Source: an uncultured Actinomycetes bacterium | GTDB taxonomy: Bacteria > Actinomycetota > Thermoleophilia > Gaiellales > Gaiellaceae | Direction: 5' to 3' | Assembly (NCBI GenBank): GCA_903930195.1 | Contig: CAIYXH010000289.1 | Coordinates: 1-42,219 of the forward strand | DNA length: 42,219 nt | In this document: positions 39,084 to 42,219 of the stretch, one piece after another | Position numbering within the stretch: position 1 is the first letter of the stretch | How the letters are laid out: every line of letters starts with the position of its first letter | Notes under the pieces: model-generated | Seen by the model: only the letters and a program-made list of their open reading frames with translations | Database searches by the model: none | What the model was told of the DNA's origin: nothing | Position numbers and translations under genes: made by a program

Positions 39084-40369
39084 GCCTCGACGAGCCCCAT
39101 CCGCGCGACCGCAGCCAGGCCGAGCCCGATCCAGGTGACGGCGTCGAGGGGGATCCCGGCGACGATGCCGACGGCATTCCAGGTGCCGATGGCGACGACG
39201 AGCCAGCTCGCCGCGACGAGGCCCAGCACGCGCGTGCCGGAGGGTGCGCGCAGCGCGAAGAGGAATCCCGTGACGAACACGGCACCGCCGAGCACCAGTC
39301 CGAGCACGCCCATGTCGGCAAGCAGTTGGATCCAGAGATTCTGCACGCCCCAGGGATGCTGTTTCGACGGGTAGGCGTCCTCGGCCTGCGGGAAGCGCCG
39401 CTTGGCAGCGGCGAGATACGGCTGGTAGCGGTCGGCGGAGCGCTCGAAGCCGACGCCGAGCAGCGGGTGGTCGATCCAGATCCGCAGCCCGATGTAGCCG
39501 AGCATCGTCCGCTGCGATCCCGTCTGCACCTGGGTGCTTGCCGTCGAGCTCGCCGGGCGGATGCCGAGGAAGCGCAGGAAGTTCGCGGTGTCGTACGAGC
39601 GCAGGGCGAGCACGCCGACGGCGACGACGAAGGTGGTGGCGACGATCGTCGCCGCGCGGCGGAGGTCCAGCGTCCGCGTCCGGCGTCCGGCCATGAGGCA
39701 GAGCGCCGCCATCACGACCATTCCCGAGAACGGCAGCACCTGCGCCGCGAGGATCGCGCCCACCGCACCCGCGAGCAGTGCAGCGGGGATCAGGCGGCTG
39801 CGCCGGCCGGCGGCGAGCAGGGCGAAGGCGGTCGCGAGGCTCGCGCCGGAGACGGCGGCGAAGTCGATGTTCCCGATGAACGACGGCTCCAGCTGTCCGG
39901 GGCGCCGCCCGTTGAACTCGTTGACGAGCCCGAGGAACTGCAGCGAGCCCCAGGCGCTCGCGACGAGGCTCCAGAGCACTGCTACGGCGAGCAGCCGCTC
40001 GACCTGGACGCGGCGCCGCAGGAGCAGCACGAGTGCGGGCGCGAGGAACGGGTACTCGACGAACTTCGCCGCCGTGACGAGGTGCTTCTGCGTCTCGTCG
40101 AACGGCCGCCAGAAGCACGAGACCACGCAGAGGACGAGCAGCCCGGCTGCGATCAGCCAGAGACGGCGCGTCCGCACGAGCGGCTCCCAGCCCGCCAGCA
40201 CCCCAGCGACGACCGCGGCCAGAACGGTCAGGCCGACGGCGACGTCCGAGAGGTAGACGGTCAGCGGACCCACGACGACGGCCGGCTGGTAGCGGGCGTG
40301 CAGGAAGAGCAGGGGGATCGCCGCGGCCGGAACGAGCGCGAGGAGGTCCGCGGCGCGCGATCTGGCCAA
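39080..40369 (-). CDS. wzy: O-antigen ligase/polymerase family membrane protein (Wzy_C-like)
   Basis: ORF 39080..40369(-), TTG start (uncertain). About ten or more helices, with a large loop containing RIWIDHPLLGVGFERS and HPWGVQNLWIQLLADMGVLGL, resembling the Wzy_C pattern (H.N...Q.L.E.G..G). Confidence 0.7.
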   Translation of the reverse strand: MARSRAADLLALVPAAAIPLLFLHARYQPAVVVGPLTVYLSDVAVGLTVLAAVVAGVLAGWEPLVRTRRLWLIAAGLLVLCVVSCFWRPFDETQKHLVTAAKFVEYPFLAPALVLLLRRRVQVERLLAVAVLWSLVASAWGSLQFLGLVNEFNGRRPGQLEPSFIGNIDFAAVSGASLATAFALLAAGRRSRLIPAALLAGAVGAILAAQVLPFSGMVVMAALCLMAGRRTRTLDLRRAATIVATTFVVAVGVLALRSYDTANFLRFLGIRPASSTASTQVQTGSQRTMLGYIGLRIWIDHPLLGVGFERSADRYQPYLAAAKRRFPQAEDAYPSKQHPWGVQNLWIQLLADMGVLGLVLGGAVFVTGFLFALRAPSGTRVLGLVAASWLVVAIGTWNAVGIVAGIPLDAVTWIGLGLAAVARMGLVEA

Positions 40370-40397
40370 GGGATGCGGACTATACTCGGCAGCCTCG
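40370..40397. promoter_or_regulatory. 28-bp divergent region with overlapping -10 hexamers on opposite strands
   Basis: (+) TATACT 40381-40386, 11 nt before ATG 40398. (-) TATAGT (complement of 40379-40384), 9 nt before TTG 40369. The two hexamers share 4 bp. Confidence 0.4.
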
Positions 40398-41684
40398 ATG
40401 CGCTCCCGCGTCCTCTGGCGCCGCTCGGCGACGGCGCTCGGCGTCTACGGAGCAACCGCCCTCGGCTTTCTCGCCACGGTCGTCGCCGCGCGTGAGCTGA
40501 CGAAGCTCGACTTCGCCCGCTTCGCCCTCGTCTTCGCCACCACGACCCTGGTGCAGAACCTCGTGGACCTGACGATCGAGGAGGTCGTCGTCAAGTACGG
40601 GAACCGCTACGCCGCCCGTGAGGAGTGGGGGCGCTTCCACCGGCTGATCCGCGTCGGGATGGTGGTGAAGCTCGTTGGCGGCACCGTCGGCACGCTGGGG
40701 ATTCTCGTGGCCGCGGTCCTCTCCCCCTGGATCTGGTCGACGGGCGGGATCGGCTGGGCGATGGCGATCGCCGCGCTCGTGCCGCTGATCCAGCAGCCCG
40801 AGGGGATGGCCGGCGCGCTGCTCCTGCTGCGCAACCGCTACGACATCCGCGGCGTGCTGCTCCTCTGGTCGATGGCGCTGCGCCTCGTCGGGATCGTGAT
40901 CGCCGCCCCGCACGGCGTCGTCGCCATCTTCATCGCGATCGTGAGCGCGCAGACCGTCGCGACCGCGACCGTGACCGCAGCGGGGTACGCCGCCTACCGC
41001 CGCTATCCGGCCGCCGAGCCGGTCGAGCTCGGCGGCGACCGCGTCGCGATCCGCGCCTTCACGATCCAGTCGTCGCTCTCCTCCGGGCTCGCCTCGTTCC
41101 GCAGCTACCTGCCGACGGCGCTCGTCGGAATCGTCTCGAGCGCGAACCAGGTCTCGAACTTCCGCAACGCACAGGCGCCGCAGACCGCGATGCAGTCGCT
41201 CTCCGCCCCGGCGCGCCTCGTGCTGCTCGCCGAGCAGACCCGCGATGTCGAGCACGGTCGCCCCGACAAGGCGTTCGCGTCGCTCAAGACCTACATCGCG
41301 GGCATGGCGGCGTTCGCGCTCGTCGCGACCGTCCCGCTCTGGGTGTTCATGCCGAACATCGTCGTCTGGGTCTACGGCGCCAAGTACCGCGGTGCCGAGG
41401 AGGCGTTCCGCGTGATGCTGCTCGCGGCCGCCGTGCAGATCGTCTTCGGCTGGACGAAGTCGTTCCCCGTCTCGATCGGCCGGCCGGGCCCGCGCACGGC
41501 GGGTCAGACGCTCGAGGTCGCCGTCCTCGTCCCGGCCGTGCTCGTGCTCGGCCGGCTGTACGGCGCGACCGGCGCGGCGGGCGGCGTCCTCGCCGGCGGC
41601 ATCGTCCTCGCGCTGTTCTGGACGGGCGGCCTCTTCTGGCTGCGCGGTCGGCTCGTCGCCGAGCCCCACGGGACGCCGGCATGA
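40398..41684 (+). CDS. wzx: Second MOP-family polysaccharide flippase (Wzx-like)
   Basis: ORF 40398..41684. Multi-pass membrane protein with AARELTKLDFARFALVF at the N-terminus and the repeated 6+6 helix pattern typical of lipopolysaccharide/polysaccharide biosynthesis (flippase) proteins. Confidence 0.7.
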   Translation: MRSRVLWRRSATALGVYGATALGFLATVVAARELTKLDFARFALVFATTTLVQNLVDLTIEEVVVKYGNRYAAREEWGRFHRLIRVGMVVKLVGGTVGTLGILVAAVLSPWIWSTGGIGWAMAIAALVPLIQQPEGMAGALLLLRNRYDIRGVLLLWSMALRLVGIVIAAPHGVVAIFIAIVSAQTVATATVTAAGYAAYRRYPAAEPVELGGDRVAIRAFTIQSSLSSGLASFRSYLPTALVGIVSSANQVSNFRNAQAPQTAMQSLSAPARLVLLAEQTRDVEHGRPDKAFASLKTYIAGMAAFALVATVPLWVFMPNIVVWVYGAKYRGAEEAFRVMLLAAAVQIVFGWTKSFPVSIGRPGPRTAGQTLEVAVLVPAVLVLGRLYGATGAAGGVLAGGIVLALFWTGGLFWLRGRLVAEPHGTPA

Positions 41685-42219
41685 AGGTGCTCGTCGTCTC
41701 CGGGATCTGGCCTCCCGACGTCGGTGGCCCGGCATCGCATGCGCCCGAGGTCGCGGCGTACCTCACGGGCCGCGGGCACCTCGTCGAGGTCGTGGTCACG
41801 GCCGACCAGGCTCCCGCGCCGGAGTCCTATCCCGTGCACTGGGTGCGGCGGTCGCTGCCCCCGGGCGTGCGGCACGCGGAGAGCGTCCGGCTCGTCGCTG
41901 CGCGTGCGCGACAGGCGGACGTGATCTACACGACCGGCATGTTCGGCCGGTCGTCGCTGGCCGCGCTCGCGGCCCGCACGCCCTTCGTCGTCAAGCTCAC
42001 CGCCGATCCGGCCTACGAGCGCGCGCGTCGCTGGGGCCTCTGGGGCGGCTCGCTCGAGGAGTTCCAGGCGCACCCGAGCGTGCGCTCGCTCCCGCTGCGG
42101 CTGAGCCGCGACTTCGACGCGCGCCGGGCGGCGCATGTGGTCACGCCCTCCGCCTACCTGCGGGAGCTCGCGATCGGCTGGGGCGTTCCGCCGGCACAGG
42201 CGACCGTGCTCCCCAACCC
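41681..42219 (+). CDS. GT4 (GT-B) glycosyltransferase, N-terminal part only (runs off the window)
   Basis: ATG 41681, with an ATGA overlap on the flippase stop. MKVLVVSGIWPPDVGGPASHAPEVAAYLTGRGHLVEVV is the typical GT4 N-terminal domain. No stop codon before the window end. Confidence 0.8.
   Translation, partial: MKVLVVSGIWPPDVGGPASHAPEVAAYLTGRGHLVEVVVTADQAPAPESYPVHWVRRSLPPGVRHAESVRLVAARARQADVIYTTGMFGRSSLAALAARTPFVVKLTADPAYERARRWGLWGGSLEEFQAHPSVRSLPLRLSRDFDARRAAHVVTPSAYLRELAIGWGVPPAQATVLPN

Noticed and set aside
1-42219. Mobile elements, integrases, toxin-antitoxin or defence systems (restriction-modification, CRISPR-Cas, Abi and similar), and tRNA/rRNA genes.
   Set aside because: I looked through all listed ORFs and intergenic gaps. 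No transposase, recombinase, nuclease, helicase or ATPase signatures typical of such systems were seen. I also saw no terminal inverted repeats and no tRNA-like cloverleaf regions. The methyltransferases present all have small-molecule/sugar-type contexts, not DNA MTase motifs.

Overview
Very GC-rich DNA (by eye above 70% G+C with strong GC3 codon bias; not computed). It looks actinobacterial, and a Thermoleophilia/Solirubrobacterales-like origin is only a guess. The window is almost entirely coding. I call 39 protein-coding genes, two of them cut by the window edges, and found no rRNA, tRNA, CRISPR array, transposase or integrase. The window is one large cell-envelope glycan supercluster. Sugar-nucleotide enzymes: WecE-like aminotransferase, WecB, Gmd, UDP-xylose synthase, WbpP-like and other SDR epimerases, AsnB-type amidotransferase, a bi-domain oxidoreductase, two ATP-grasp ligases and several methyltransferases. 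Assembly machinery: an initiating phosphoglycosyl transferase, two Wzx-type flippases, a Wzy/O-antigen-ligase-like protein and a Wzz-like protein. There are also four polyprenyl-phosphate-type GT2 enzymes matched by four GT-C-like polytopic membrane proteins, and a secreted clan GH-A hydrolase. Two inserts are not glycan genes. (i) 27.9-30.3 kb carries DUF4242, a free-standing secreted six-blade YWTD-like propeller, a CDGSH Fe-S protein and a UBP zinc-finger protein. (ii) 33.3-35.9 kb carries a WxL / DUF916-DUF3324 / WxL surface-complex locus, an arrangement best known from Firmicutes. Its anchor protein has an unusual 146-aa cytoplasmic tail (Pro/Ala-rich, ending in a Cys/His module). Main points worth a second look: an 894-aa four-domain fusion (NodS-like MTase, NodB-like deacetylase, degenerate MTase, transglutaminase-like core); a phosphoglycosyl transferase with no canonical start codon but a CTGA junction; TANNNT hexamers 6-11 nt upstream of the start codons of nearly all operon-leading genes, suggesting leaderless mRNAs, including divergent promoters with overlapping -10 boxes; and four convergent gene pairs whose stop codons overlap or nearly touch. 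All family assignments come from reading motifs by eye, with no database search.
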